A stretch of DNA of 63,882 nucleotides, counting the filler, from an uncultured Methanosarcinales archaeon (GTDB lineage: Archaea > Nanobdellota > Nanobdellia > Woesearchaeales > CAYSVS01), in NCBI GenBank assembly GCA_964434475.1. It is 32 parts of 32 records of this genome, joined end to end, with 100 filler letters (N's around TTAATTAATTAA, not from the genome) between each part and the next. Parts side by side here need not be neighbours in the genome. Positions count along the whole stretch, not along the records: positions 50,054 to 51,772 come from CAYSVS010000134.1; positions 51,873 to 53,567 come from CAYSVS010000135.1; positions 53,668 to 55,326 come from CAYSVS010000136.1; positions 55,427 to 57,058 come from CAYSVS010000137.1; positions 57,159 to 58,790 come from CAYSVS010000138.1; positions 58,891 to 60,520 come from CAYSVS010000139.1; positions 60,621 to 62,214 come from CAYSVS010000140.1; 25 more parts are not named here. The stretch is one strand, 5' to 3'. The translations under genes and the position numbers were made by a program. Shown in pieces: positions 51,628 through 62,314 of this stretch (positions are counted from its first letter, which is position 1; every line of letters begins with the position of its first letter). Under the pieces are notes generated by a model. That model was not told the origin of the DNA. It saw nothing but the letters and a program-made list of their open reading frames with translations, and did no database searches.

Positions 51628-51769
51628 GGTGGATCTCTGCCAGAGATGCGGAAACGCTTATCTTTTGATCTGGCTCAGGGAAGGTGAGTACTACAACGAC
51701 TTCGGATTTCGGTACTGCCCGTTCTGCGGGCTTCTTACGGACGAGGTGACCGGAAGCGTGGTCGAATAG
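51566..51769 (+). CDS. Small zinc-ribbon protein
   Basis: CQRC...CPFC; AAGGAGG RBS. Confidence 0.65.
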   Translation: MAIQLTKQRAFQTKKAAPEDRVDLCQRCGNAYLLIWLREGEYYNDFGFRYCPFCGLLTDEVTGSVVE

Positions 51770-51872
51770 GGANNNNNNNNNNNNNNNNNNNNNNNNNNNN
51801 NNNNNNNNNNNNNNNNTTAATTAATTAANNNNNNNNNNNNNNNNNNNNNNNNNNNNNNNNNNNNNNNNNNNN

Positions 51873-51923
51873 TATCAAGTAGATATATAGAGTTTACGTT
51901 TTTGCTAATTTTGCAAAGTTCCC
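51873..51923 (+). mobile_element. End B of the multicopy archaeal IS
   Basis: Identical 50-bp end, inserted in the cyclase gene; flank TTCA. Confidence 0.8.
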
Positions 51924-52262
51924 TTCACCGAAAACATCATCATTTTTAATACCTACTTCTCCGCTGTTTATTGCAACTCTAACTTCAAGTTTATCTTCTT
52001 TACTTGCTTTTTTATTGTGTTCATCAAGAACATCCTGAATCTTTATTCCGCATAGTACTGCATTAGTAGGGCTGTCAAAAACAACAAGAAATGCATCGCC
52101 TATTGTTTTAATTACTTTTCCAGAATATCTTTCAAATATAGGTCTTACAAGATTATCATGCAGTTCAAGATATATTTTAAGCTGCTCTCTTGAGCTTAAT
52201 GAAGTTTTATATGTGAAGCCTTTAATATCTGTAAACATTATCGTAAGATGTTTTGTTTTCAT
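51924..52262 (-). pseudogene. Class III adenylate/guanylate cyclase interrupted by the IS
   Basis: IMFTDIKGFT, KTIGDAFL and RVAINSGEV...DVFGE, after which the frame reads into the IS inverted repeat. Confidence 0.88.
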
Positions 52263-52372
52263 TATTTATCATGATTGGTATTGTTTGTTTTTAAATCTTG
52301 TGCTGTTTATTGCAGTTGAAAAAGCAGGATTATTAGAATAATTTAAAAAGTCTCTTATCTTTAATATATGTG

Positions 52373-53212
52373 ATGAAACAAGTAATCATTGACTCAGACA
52401 TAGGAGATGATATTACAGACGCTTATGCTTTGGTATTTGCATTAAGAAGCAATTTTGATATTAAGGCTATAATCTCCAACAACGGTCATGAAAAAGATAG
52501 AGCTACGATAATCCATAAATTAGTGAAAGCAAGCGGAAAAAATATTTCTGTATTTCAAGGCATACATAAGGGCAGAGGAAGATTGACCAATCAAAAGGAA
52601 TTTATCAAAGGATATTCTTGCAATATAAGAAAGCTTAAGGATAATTTAGTTTATTTCAAAAGAATGTTCAAGAAAAAGATCTACTATATTTCGCTTGGTA
52701 CATTAAGCAATATTGATTTCTTTATGAAAAATATTCCTGATTTCAAAAAAAATGCAAATATTATCATGATGGGTGGGGCGATAAAAAAGGACTATCATGG
52801 AAGAGATAGGCATCTTGCAGAATGGAATTTGTTATGCGATATTAAAAGCGCTCAGGAAGTTTTTAATAAACAATTAAATATTACTCTGGTTGGATTAGAT
52901 GCTACATGGAATCTTGAGCTTAGTAAAGACAAGGTAGATAAGATAAATAATTGTGATTATATACTGAATCAACATCTTAAACGCTTGTATAGTATATGGA
53001 AAAAAAGCCATAAAAGACTGCCTATACAATATGATTCTTTTACTGTTGCGTTAGTGAATAATCCTGAATTAGCATCGTATAAATACTACTCTCTTTCTGT
53101 AGATGATAAAGGAAAAACTGTTGTTGATAAAGACGGACTAAAAGTAAAAGTAGCTATGAACTCATATAAACGAAAGTTTCAGAAATCATTTATGGACAAG
53201 ATGACAATGTGA
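52373..53212 (+). CDS. Nucleoside hydrolase (IUNH family)
   Basis: VIIDSDIGDDITDAYAL, LGTLSNI, MMGG, AEWN and VGLDAT. Confidence 0.85.
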   Translation: MKQVIIDSDIGDDITDAYALVFALRSNFDIKAIISNNGHEKDRATIIHKLVKASGKNISVFQGIHKGRGRLTNQKEFIKGYSCNIRKLKDNLVYFKRMFKKKIYYISLGTLSNIDFFMKNIPDFKKNANIIMMGGAIKKDYHGRDRHLAEWNLLCDIKSAQEVFNKQLNITLVGLDATWNLELSKDKVDKINNCDYILNQHLKRLYSIWKKSHKRLPIQYDSFTVALVNNPELASYKYYSLSVDDKGKTVVDKDGLKVKVAMNSYKRKFQKSFMDKMTM

Positions 53213-53234
53213 ATTATTTTAAAAAAAAGTGAAA

Positions 53235-53537
53235 CTAATTTTTTTCTAATGCTTTGGCTATGTTGTATGAAACCATGTCTCTTGTTATGTTATAATTAAT
53301 ATCTAAGCTTCTTATATCTTCTTTTAAAGGATAATAATCTATCTCTTTGATATATCTTTTTATTTCTGAACAGAAATATGGTACGATTATTTTTTCGATG
53401 TCTTTGTTTCTGGAAATTCCTACTTCTGTTAATATTTCTTCTGTTTTTGGTTTTGTTCCGGAAAATACTGCAGATTCAATTTTATCTCTTATGTTTTCTG
53501 CAGTTTTAATGGGTTTTTCTAAACTTTCTGAAATCAT
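53235..53537 (-). CDS. Hypothetical protein
   Basis: 100-aa ORF with an archaeal-type TTTAAA upstream. Confidence 0.5.
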   Translation of the reverse strand: MISESLEKPIKTAENIRDKIESAVFSGTKPKTEEILTEVGISRNKDIEKIIVPYFCSEIKRYIKEIDYYPLKEDIRSLDINYNITRDMVSYNIAKALEKN

Positions 53538-53667
53538 AAGTTAGTTAGGTGTTGTTTATTTTTAAATNNNNNNNNNNNNNNNNNNNNNNNNNNNNNNNNN
53601 NNNNNNNNNNNTTAATTAATTAANNNNNNNNNNNNNNNNNNNNNNNNNNNNNNNNNNNNNNNNNNNN

Positions 53668-55326
53668 GACTACAAGACCATGGATCCGGACTACATGGAG
53701 TCGATCTGGTGGGTCTTCAAGCGCCTCTACGAGAAAGGGCTCGTCTATGAGGGGCACTACATTCTCCCGTACAGCCCCGCCCTTGCCACGCCCCTGTCCA
53801 ACTTCGAGGTAAATCTCGGCGGGTACAAAGAGGTCCACGATCCTGCAATCACGGTGAAATTCACTCTCAAGGATCATCCGAAGACCCATATTCTCGCCTG
53901 GACGACCACTCCCTGGACTCTCTCCTCCAACGTCGCCGCGGCGGTGCATCCGGAGCTGGATTATATCAAGCTGACTCAAGGCGGCTGGACATATTATCTG
54001 GCCAAGGCTTTGACGGATCGGGCGGTCAAACCTCACGGCGAATTCAAAGTTCTGGAGGTGATGAAGGGAGAAGCGCTGTTGGATTTCACTTATGACGGGC
54101 CCTTCGACGAACTGCCTGCGCAGCAGGCCTCCCGGCTGGAACATCGGGTCATCCCTTGGAAGGAGGTCAGCGCTGAGGAAGGAACCGGCATTGTTCACAT
54201 CGCGCCGGGCTGTGGCAAGGAGGACCGGGAACTGGGAATTGAATTCAAACTCGACTCCATCGCCCCTATCGATGAAGATGGCGTTTTTATTGATGAATTT
54301 GGCTGGCTTACGGGAAAGAAGGCTGGAGCCGCGGCCAAAGAGATTTTTGCGGATTTGGAGAAGAAGGGGCTGTTGTATAATGTAGAAGCATACTCCCACT
54401 CTTATCCGCATTGCTGGCGATGCAAGGCGGAGTTGCTGTTCCGGGAGGTGGACGAGTGGTATATCGCTATGGACGGCTGGCGGGATGAGATTAAAGATAT
54501 AGCGGCTCAAGCCCGGTGGATCCCCTCCTTTGGCCGGGAGTTGGAGCAGGATTGGCTAAGCAACATGAAGGATTGGATGATCTCCAAGAAACGCTATTGG
54601 GGGCTGGCACTGCCCATCTGGGAATGTCACGACTGCAAATCATTCCAGGTTATTGGCTCGCTGGCGGAGTTAGAGGAAAGGGCGGTCTCCGGCTGGGAGA
54701 AATTCGACGGCCATTCGCCTCATCGTCCGTGGATCGACGAGGTAAAGATTGGCTGTGATAAATGCGGCCAGCCTGTCTCCCGCATCACCGACGTGGGCAA
54801 TCCCTGGCTGGACGCCGGCATCGTGGCCTACTCCACGGTGCATTACCAAACTGACCGGGAATACTGGAAGAAGTGGATTCCTGCGGATCTAGTTCTGGAG
54901 TGCTTTCCCGGCCAGTTCCGCAACTGGTTTTACAGTCTTTTGGCCATGAGCACGATGATGGAGAATGTGCCTCCTTTCAAGACTTTGGTGGGGCATGCTC
55001 TGGTTAATGACGAAAATGGCGAGGAGATGCACAAGTCCAAGGGCAATGCCATTCTCTTTGAGGAGGCGGCGGAGAACATGGGCTGCGACGTCATGCGCTG
55101 GATATACTGCCGTCAGGAGCTGAGTCATAATCTCAATTTCGGCTTTAGCATAGCCAAGGAGGTGCGAGGCAAGTTTTTCAATACTTTGTGGAACACCTAT
55201 GCCTTCTTTGTCAACTATGCCCGGTTGGCGGAATGGACGCCGCCCGCTGAGCAGACTCCGGTGGAGACGCGGCCGGACTTTGACCGATGGATCATCTCTG
55301 ATCTTCAAATTTGGATTAAGCGCAGC
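53668..55326 (+). CDS. ileS: Isoleucyl-tRNA synthetase (internal fragment)
   Basis: WTTTPWTL, GTGIVHIAPG, YPHCWRC, DWMISKKRYWG and the KMSKS variant EMHKS. Confidence 0.93.
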
Positions 55327-55426
55327 NNNNNNNNNNNNNNNNNNNNNNNNNNNNNNNNNNNNNNNNNNNNTTAATTAATTAANNNNNNNNNNNNNNNNNN
55401 NNNNNNNNNNNNNNNNNNNNNNNNNN

Positions 55427-55477
55427 TATCAAGTAGATATATAGAGTTTACGTTTTTGCTAATTTTGCAAAGTTCCC
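55427..55477 (+). mobile_element. End B of the multicopy archaeal IS
   Basis: Identical 50-bp end; flank TATA. Confidence 0.8.
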
Positions 55478-55613
55478 TATAAGTATCTTTGTTATTGAAC
55501 AAGTAAAGAATTAATTTCAAAGATAAGATTATGCCTATTATAAATCTTAATCAATATATAATGATTTGCTGTGTTTAAAGAATTCATAAAAAAAATAAAA
55601 AAAATAAAAAGCT

Positions 55614-56570
55614 TTAATCGCTTTTCTTAGGTTCTATGTTCAAGTTACCTGTACATTGGCCGCTTAATGCTGTAACTCCATCTGTTGCTGTTGCTGGTAC
55701 GTGAAGACCATAGAATATTGTTGCGTTAGCTTCTAATGTTGTTGGAACTCCACTTGCAACTGTGCTTACTGCCAGATTAACTTCTTGACTTGCTTCTGTA
55801 CCTGCATCATTAGGTACTGCTCCGCCATCTCCAGCATAATCTGTTAAATCGCTTGCAGGTTTAACCTTGATCTTATCTGTTGTGATGTTTCCGCCTGCGC
55901 AATCCATAGTCAATCCGTCACTTAATGCGGTTGCATAAGCTACAAATAGAAAATCAAGCTCGACATTTCCCCAGTTATAAACACTGTTGTTCTGTGAACT
56001 AGAGTCATCTGGTGCGTATGCATCCAATTGCATCTCTCCCCAGTCTATATCGCCGTCTTCAATGTCTGCAGCAACAAGTTCGTTTACTGTATGTGTTACT
56101 GATTCTAATGAATGCGTTTCAGAACCATCGCTTGCTGTTACATTACATTTCCAGCTTGCGCTAGGATTTGCGTGATAGTAAACATCAAACAGACATTCAT
56201 AAGTTCCGTTCTGTGAACCGCCATCTTGTGATTCTGTACAATCAGCGTTACTGTAGTGGTTTCTATGGTCGTCTGAGTCGCCTGAAGCTGCTACAGCAGA
56301 ATCATATAATGTAGCGGTTATTGAAATTGCGTCCGCATCAACATCATAAAACTTTCCTGAACAGTTCAGGGATTTTGTTGTTGCTTCAACCAAATCAAAA
56401 TTATCTTCGATTGAAACGTTGTCTCCGTCGTATATATCTGCTGTTTGTACAAACGGTCCTGTGTTACCTATCAATACTTTTGTCGTTAATGTTTCGTTTG
56501 TTGGGTTGCCTGCAAATACGCTAGCAGCACAAACAACCATTGCTAATAAAAAAATCAATGATTTTCTCAT
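55614..56570 (-). CDS. Secreted acidic beta-rich surface protein (S-layer/pilin-like)
   Basis: Signal peptide, D/T/S/A-rich composition, paired cysteines, several N-x-S/T sequons and a GGAGGT RBS. Confidence 0.65.
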   Translation of the reverse strand: MRKSLIFLLAMVVCAASVFAGNPTNETLTTKVLIGNTGPFVQTADIYDGDNVSIEDNFDLVEATTKSLNCSGKFYDVDADAISITATLYDSAVAASGDSDDHRNHYSNADCTESQDGGSQNGTYECLFDVYYHANPSASWKCNVTASDGSETHSLESVTHTVNELVAADIEDGDIDWGEMQLDAYAPDDSSSQNNSVYNWGNVELDFLFVAYATALSDGLTMDCAGGNITTDKIKVKPASDLTDYAGDGGAVPNDAGTEASQEVNLAVSTVASGVPTTLEANATIFYGLHVPATATDGVTALSGQCTGNLNIEPKKSD

Positions 56571-57008
56571 TCACATTACCTCCTTTTTTTTTGTTTTTTT
56601 TGAATGTTACACTTTAGGTTATTGCTATATAAAACACGCCATACAGTGCATAGGTATATGATTGCGTATACTCATATATAAATATTTCTATAAGGAACTG
56701 CTTGAATTCTGCTCATTTTACCATAATGTTAAAAAAAGGATTATTCAATTTTCATTAAGATAATATGTTTTATGGTTGTTGTATTAATTTTTTATTGAAA
56801 ATTTCGTAGAGATTTGAATAGGGGTCTAATACTTTGCACTTTAGTCTGAGATTTTCAATCCCAAAAATTTGTCTTAATAGTGGGTCTGTAATATCCAGTC
56901 TTTAGGTTGAGGATATGCTGACAAATCCTAGATTTGTGGCATGTTGAACAAAGTTCAACAGGACGAACAATCAAAAGATAAATTTTTGTTATTTGTAATA
57001 ATGGTAAA

Positions 57009-57058
57009 GAGAACTTTGCATAATTGCTGTTTAGCTTAGCTTTTTAGATTAATTGCAC
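57009..57058 (+). mobile_element. End A of the multicopy archaeal IS
   Basis: Identical to the copies at 13959 and 18247; flank TAAA. Confidence 0.8.
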
Positions 57059-57483
57059 NNNNNNNNNNNNNNNNNNNNNNNNNNNNNNNNNNNNNNNNNN
57101 NNTTAATTAATTAANNNNNNNNNNNNNNNNNNNNNNNNNNNNNNNNNNNNNNNNNNNNACTATTTCTTTTCTGCTTTCGTTGTCTTTTCAGTTGATATTT
57201 TTTAGTTTTATCTATAATTTACTAAATTATACCTTTTATGTTAGATAGAATTAACCCCCATTATTCATGAAACCATAAAAAATACTAATATTAAAATATA
57301 AAGATGTCATTTTATCCTTTAATAATTAAATCAAGCTGATATTTGATGATAAAGATGTATTTATAGGATTTAAAATAGAAAATAATATCAGTATTTATGT
57401 GGTATATTGAGTGTTTTTGCCTGTTTAGTCGCAGCTGTCCATTGCGTTGTTAAAAAAACTGACAAATCCTGAAGATGATCTAA

Positions 57484-58790
57484 CTAACACAAAGCTACTA
57501 TTTTGCAGAATAAATCCCTGCAAACATAAGATTTTGAGTATTTAATCGTGATTGTTCGTTTCCTTCTTACTATTGTTGCTCCTACTTTCATCAAAAGAAG
57601 TCTGATGTTATTGACTTGCCACTTCGATGCTTCTTTGTTTCCTGTTTTCTTTATTAATTCTCTGATATACCTGAACATCTCATAAGCGAGACTACTGATA
57701 AATAATCGTAAATAATTTGCTGTGAACTTCTTGCATGACAATCTGTCTGAAAAACACATATTCTTGAGTTCCTTTATCCTGTTCTCACTCGTTTCCCCTC
57801 GCTTGACATAAAAATCCCAGTATAGATCTTGAGCAGAGCTATCTTTCATATTTGAACAAAAATATCTGACATTCATGCCTTTGCCCGTTGATTCTACTTT
57901 TGCATAACAGTTCTGGGGCTTATGCCATGATTCTGCCTGATATGTAAAAGCTCCTGCGAAATACTGATACTTTTTGCCCTCTGATAAATAGTTTGTTCTG
58001 ACTGATTCCTCTGCTGTTTCAGTAAAACTTTTCAACCTTTTATTTGTTGTTAAGCCAATACAAAACTTAATATTTTCTTTATCTGCTAACTTGTAAAATT
58101 CTGCATTTGAAAATCCTGCATCTGCTCTTATACATATCTCTATCTCCGGATGTCTCTCTCTGACCTTTGTTACTATTATTGATAGTATATGAACAAACCA
58201 ACGATTTGAATGACAGTTGCCAGGACGCAGAACAGGAAGTATTATCTGACCTGTTTCTCCATCGTGAAACAGCAGCTCGTTGTACATATTTTGACAATAA
58301 TATCCATTGAACATTGACAGTTGCTGCTTCCCATGTGTCGGATCATCTGTACCATCTATATCTATGACTATTTGCTTTTTATTTACAGGTATTGAACTAA
58401 CATATTTTTCGAGAAAGTAGTTCTTTGATATGTTATATATATCTTTTACTCTTAGCGTATTCTCCAATCTTGATAATGTCGGCTGTGAGGCAAGTTCACC
58501 ATCTAATGCTTCTTTTATTACAGGGTCATTACGCAGATATGATTCATCGTTGCAATCTTCATACCCTTGTATCATTAGGAATACCCTTTGCTTGATCATC
58601 TTTTCTATGCTATGTTCGATTTTAACTTTGCTACGGTGGTCTGGCAGGAATTTGCAGAAATCTTTGATAACCTTGTTTTTTCGCTCTATCTTTTCACTAA
58701 GAAATATTGCTCCGTCTGTGCTTATTTCTTCTGCTGAAAAAATATATCTTACCTGTTGCTTTTTCTTGTAAAATAATGTATCTAGCTTAC
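57484..58790 (-). CDS. IS1380-family transposase (5' truncated)
   Basis: GYEDCND...LRNDP, ASQPTLSRLEN, IDIDGTDDPTHGKQQ, RADAGF and RGETSENRIKELK. A candidate end CCCCCATTATTCAT lies at 57255. Confidence 0.92.
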
Positions 58791-58890
58791 NNNNNNNNNN
58801 NNNNNNNNNNNNNNNNNNNNNNNNNNNNNNNNNNTTAATTAATTAANNNNNNNNNNNNNNNNNNNNNNNNNNNNNNNNNNNNNNNNNNNN

Positions 58891-60454
58891 GCGGGTCCTT
58901 CTCGGTGATCATGTCGGGCAGCAGGTCTAGGAACCCCGTGCTCACCTTTCCATAAGAATTCTCGGACGTTCCTTGATCCACTGCGGGGCTGCCAGAGGTC
59001 AGGCGAAAATCGCCTGACCCTTTACTTACGAATATATCCTCTATCTTTCCCTGTACAGAATGACGATCGTTTTTATCACCACTGACATATCGGGATACCG
59101 CATCGATTTTACTTCTCACCATTTTCTCCCATTTGCCAAACCGATACGCAGAATTTTCGATTTCCCACACTGTTCCATTTTTTGAAAACAGGTTATAATC
59201 AGATACAACCTGCAAATCATCTGCCTGCCCTGTTGTTGAAAAGCAGGGAACAGTACCATCGGTAACAATGATATTGTTATAGAATTCGTTTTTATATGCA
59301 CCATAATTAAGTCCTATGGCATAGAAAGCACCACTGGGCATAATAATCGTGTTGTGAATGACGTAATTGTCATTTGAAGGTTTTGCGCCATCACCTTTGA
59401 AAAATGCTATACCCCTCTTAGTATTGTCGTACAGGAGGTTGTTTCTGAAGATAGACTCCGTAACACCATCACAGTTAATGCCCGTCGCTCCATTCCTGTA
59501 TATAATATTGTTCTCCACGATTGCCTTCGAAATTACACCGTCGCCGCTTCGGCGATCACCATTCATGTGGAGTCCTATGGTAGAATTATCATGCAGAACA
59601 TTATTTCTGACAACTGGAAAATCGGAACTGTCTGAAACATAAATGCCTATCTTGCCATCATACGCTTCATTACCATCAAAAACAGTTCCATTGCTAAGGG
59701 AGCAAAATATATTTGCATGCCCAGCCCCCGTTACCTTGCATTTTCTGATTACACTGCCGTTTGAGTGAGTTAGCCGAATTCCTCTGCTATGTTTCGTTTT
59801 CGGAGCCACTATCTCCAAATTTTCGATTCTGACATAGTTGGCAAAGTATACCTCAAATCCGTTTCCCTTATGGCATTCTGATAGATCAATTACAGCTCCT
59901 TTGCCATTCCCTCGAATAATAATCGGTCTTTCTTTTGTGCCTGATTTTCGAACGCTTATCTGCCTCTTTTCTTTATATCTACCAGCATTTACCAAAATAA
60001 CATCGCCGGCATTAACTTTTCCTACAGCAGTGCTAAGTGTCCTCCAAGGTGTATCTTTTGAACCCGAACTACTATCATCTCCATTTACGTCTATGTGATA
60101 AATGTTCCCTCCGCAAGGAACCGTCTGCCAAACCCCATCACAACAATAACCAGAATCTCGCCTTTCACCATCACATATACACCCAGATTCTGAGATAGGG
60201 CCTTCCTTGCACTTAGCACATACCAGGTCGCTCCCAGAACAATCTTCATCTAAACCATTACCACAGATCTCTTTACTCGGAATACAATCTGAAGGGACTT
60301 CACCGCCAATAACATTCCCTAAATTTACAAATACTAGAACTACAGAATAAAAAAGAACGGGGAAAATAGTAAACGATGACATCAGTTTCTTACGAGTTTT
60401 CCCTCTACAGATTATCATATCTATATAACCCTCCCCCAAAGATAACGAGGCCAA
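58891..60454 (-). CDS. Secreted right-handed parallel beta-helix protein with N-terminal Cys-rich metal-binding repeat
   Basis: EICGNGLDEDC motif, GDDSSSGSKDTPWRTL, repeated NNxx beta-helix turns and DFRLTSGSPAVDQG. Confidence 0.82.
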
Positions 60455-60768
60455 ATTGTTCTGGTCCCAAGATAAAGCCCATTAAATTCATACAGAAGGC
60501 GTAGTGTCATCCGTTACTGANNNNNNNNNNNNNNNNNNNNNNNNNNNNNNNNNNNNNNNNNNNNTTAATTAATTAANNNNNNNNNNNNNNNNNNNNNNNN
60601 NNNNNNNNNNNNNNNNNNNNATCTGATAAAAAAAGATGTGATTATGGATTCTTATAATGAAAAAAGAAAAAAATAAAGCATTTGATCCTGATCTTCTTGA
60701 TATATTTCTCGATCCCAAAGATAAAATATATTTGAGGTATATAAGTGATTCCAAGACCCCGCATCACC

Positions 60769-60819
60769 CTTGGTAATACCCACAAATCGCTTGTATTGCA
60801 ATTTGTGGGTATTACCAAG
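60769..60819. terminator. Perfect 19-bp-stem hairpin
   Basis: CTTGGTAATACCCACAAAT-N13-ATTTGTGGGTATTACCAAG. Confidence 0.5.
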
Positions 60820-60996
60820 TTCTTCAGCAATTAATAGTCCTTGGCCAAAAAAAATAATATTTTACTACAATTTTAAATTAATGAAAGAATTACGATACCA
60901 CACTAAAACTTTAAAATTCAAAATTCACCTCACCTTTCATTTAAAATAAAAACAACAATATATTTTAAAAACAGCGGATACATTTTGATAATATTA

Positions 60997-62214
60997 TTAT
61001 GAAGTGTCAAAATAAAAATTAACAGTTTCAAGATTTTTCCATGAAAAAATTTTGGTCATAAAATGCCTGATTAATTTTGTTGTTAAATATTTATAACCTT
61101 TAAATAATTTTGCTATTTCCTTTTTCGTGAAAATGCCCTTTTCAAATAGTTGATTTACTGTGTGAGCTAACTGCAGAAAATAAACATAATTTTTCATGGC
61201 ATTTCCGTCTTTACAATACAAATGTTCTAAATTGTACCCACTGTTTTTTTCTTCATTAAATCCTTGATTTTCAATTTTCCAGCGTTGTCTGCCTCCATAA
61301 TTTATTAAATTAAAAATATTTTCATGAGATGCAATAATGCTTGTAATAAATACAAAACGAGTTGTTTCTTCTTTTTCAGTTTTTAAACATTCAATAACAT
61401 TCAATTTAAATGATTTATATTCCATATGATTTTTCCAAAACATCTGTTGTGAAATTATATTTCCATTTTCTTTTTCTATTTTAAAAGTTTCTTTGCCACC
61501 TGCGTCCATTTTTTTAAAATCTTCATAATCGAAAAATAAAGCTTTTGCGCTTCCTTCCTTAAATGTAATAATACTTTGCCAACCATTTTCTCTGCATTTT
61601 TTAAAAATATTCTGATTTACATAAAGACTGTCTGCCAACAAACAAAGAGGAAGTTGAGGAAAATATTTTTTTATTCTATCAATTAGTCTGTATGCTGCTT
61701 TAGGTTCGCAGTCCTGTTTAATAAAACCTTTACTTTTTGTAAGATATTTTTCATCATTTTCAATGAATTCCGTGGCAATTGGAAGGGTAATTCCGTTTGG
61801 AAATATAATTTTTGCTACTAAAATATTGTGATGATATGTAATTTTTCCACTTTTATGCTTTGTTGATAAACATTTATTACAATGCCTATGATCAAAACGA
61901 ACCTGCTCCGTACCGTCTATTGCAATAAGAAAATATTTTCCTAGAAATCTTAATTTATCAAAACATTTTTTTCTAAGCAATTTTTTAGTTAATTTAACTC
62001 CAATTTTTTCAGCATCTAAAGGATTAATTTTTATCATAACATCAGATACAGTTTTTGGATCCGGAACTCTGGTAATATTTGGGTCTAGAGATAATTCTAT
62101 AAAATTTTTTATGCCTATTTCTTCTCCATTTAATTCACAACTAAGGCCTCTGTTTGAACCGAGTTTGAAAACAAAAGTTAAAAAAGAATATATACAAATA
62201 GTTCTTAATTGATA
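60997..62214 (-). CDS. DDE transposase (ISNCY/IS4-clan-like), 5' truncated
   Basis: IAIDGT, KQDCEPKA, LADSLY and GRQRWKIENQGFN..KN.GYNLEH. Confidence 0.85.
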   Translation of the reverse strand, partial: YQLRTICIYSFLTFVFKLGSNRGLSCELNGEEIGIKNFIELSLDPNITRVPDPKTVSDVMIKINPLDAEKIGVKLTKKLLRKKCFDKLRFLGKYFLIAIDGTEQVRFDHRHCNKCLSTKHKSGKITYHHNILVAKIIFPNGITLPIATEFIENDEKYLTKSKGFIKQDCEPKAAYRLIDRIKKYFPQLPLCLLADSLYVNQNIFKKCRENGWQSIITFKEGSAKALFFDYEDFKKMDAGGKETFKIEKENGNIISQQMFWKNHMEYKSFKLNVIECLKTEKEETTRFVFITSIIASHENIFNLINYGGRQRWKIENQGFNEEKNSGYNLEHLYCKDGNAMKNYVYFLQLAHTVNQLFEKGIFTKKEIAKLFKGYKYLTTKLIRHFMTKIFSWKNLETVNFYFDTS

Positions 62215-62314
62215 NNNNNNNNNNNNNNNNNNNNNNNNNNNNNNNNNNNNNNNNNNNNTTAATTAATTAANNNNNNNNNNNNNNNNNNNNNNNNNNNNNN
62301 NNNNNNNNNNNNNN

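Noticed and set aside
56660..57008. Archaeal replication origin or ncRNA in the long intergenic region
   Set aside because: No ORB-like consensus or convincing structure, only short palindromes expected in AT-rich DNA.
2325..62314. Regularly recurring TTAATTAATTAA as a biological repeat, and any gene neighbourhood across it
   Set aside because: It is an artificial linker inside N runs. Apparent pairings such as CRISPR next to primase or transposases come from unrelated contigs.
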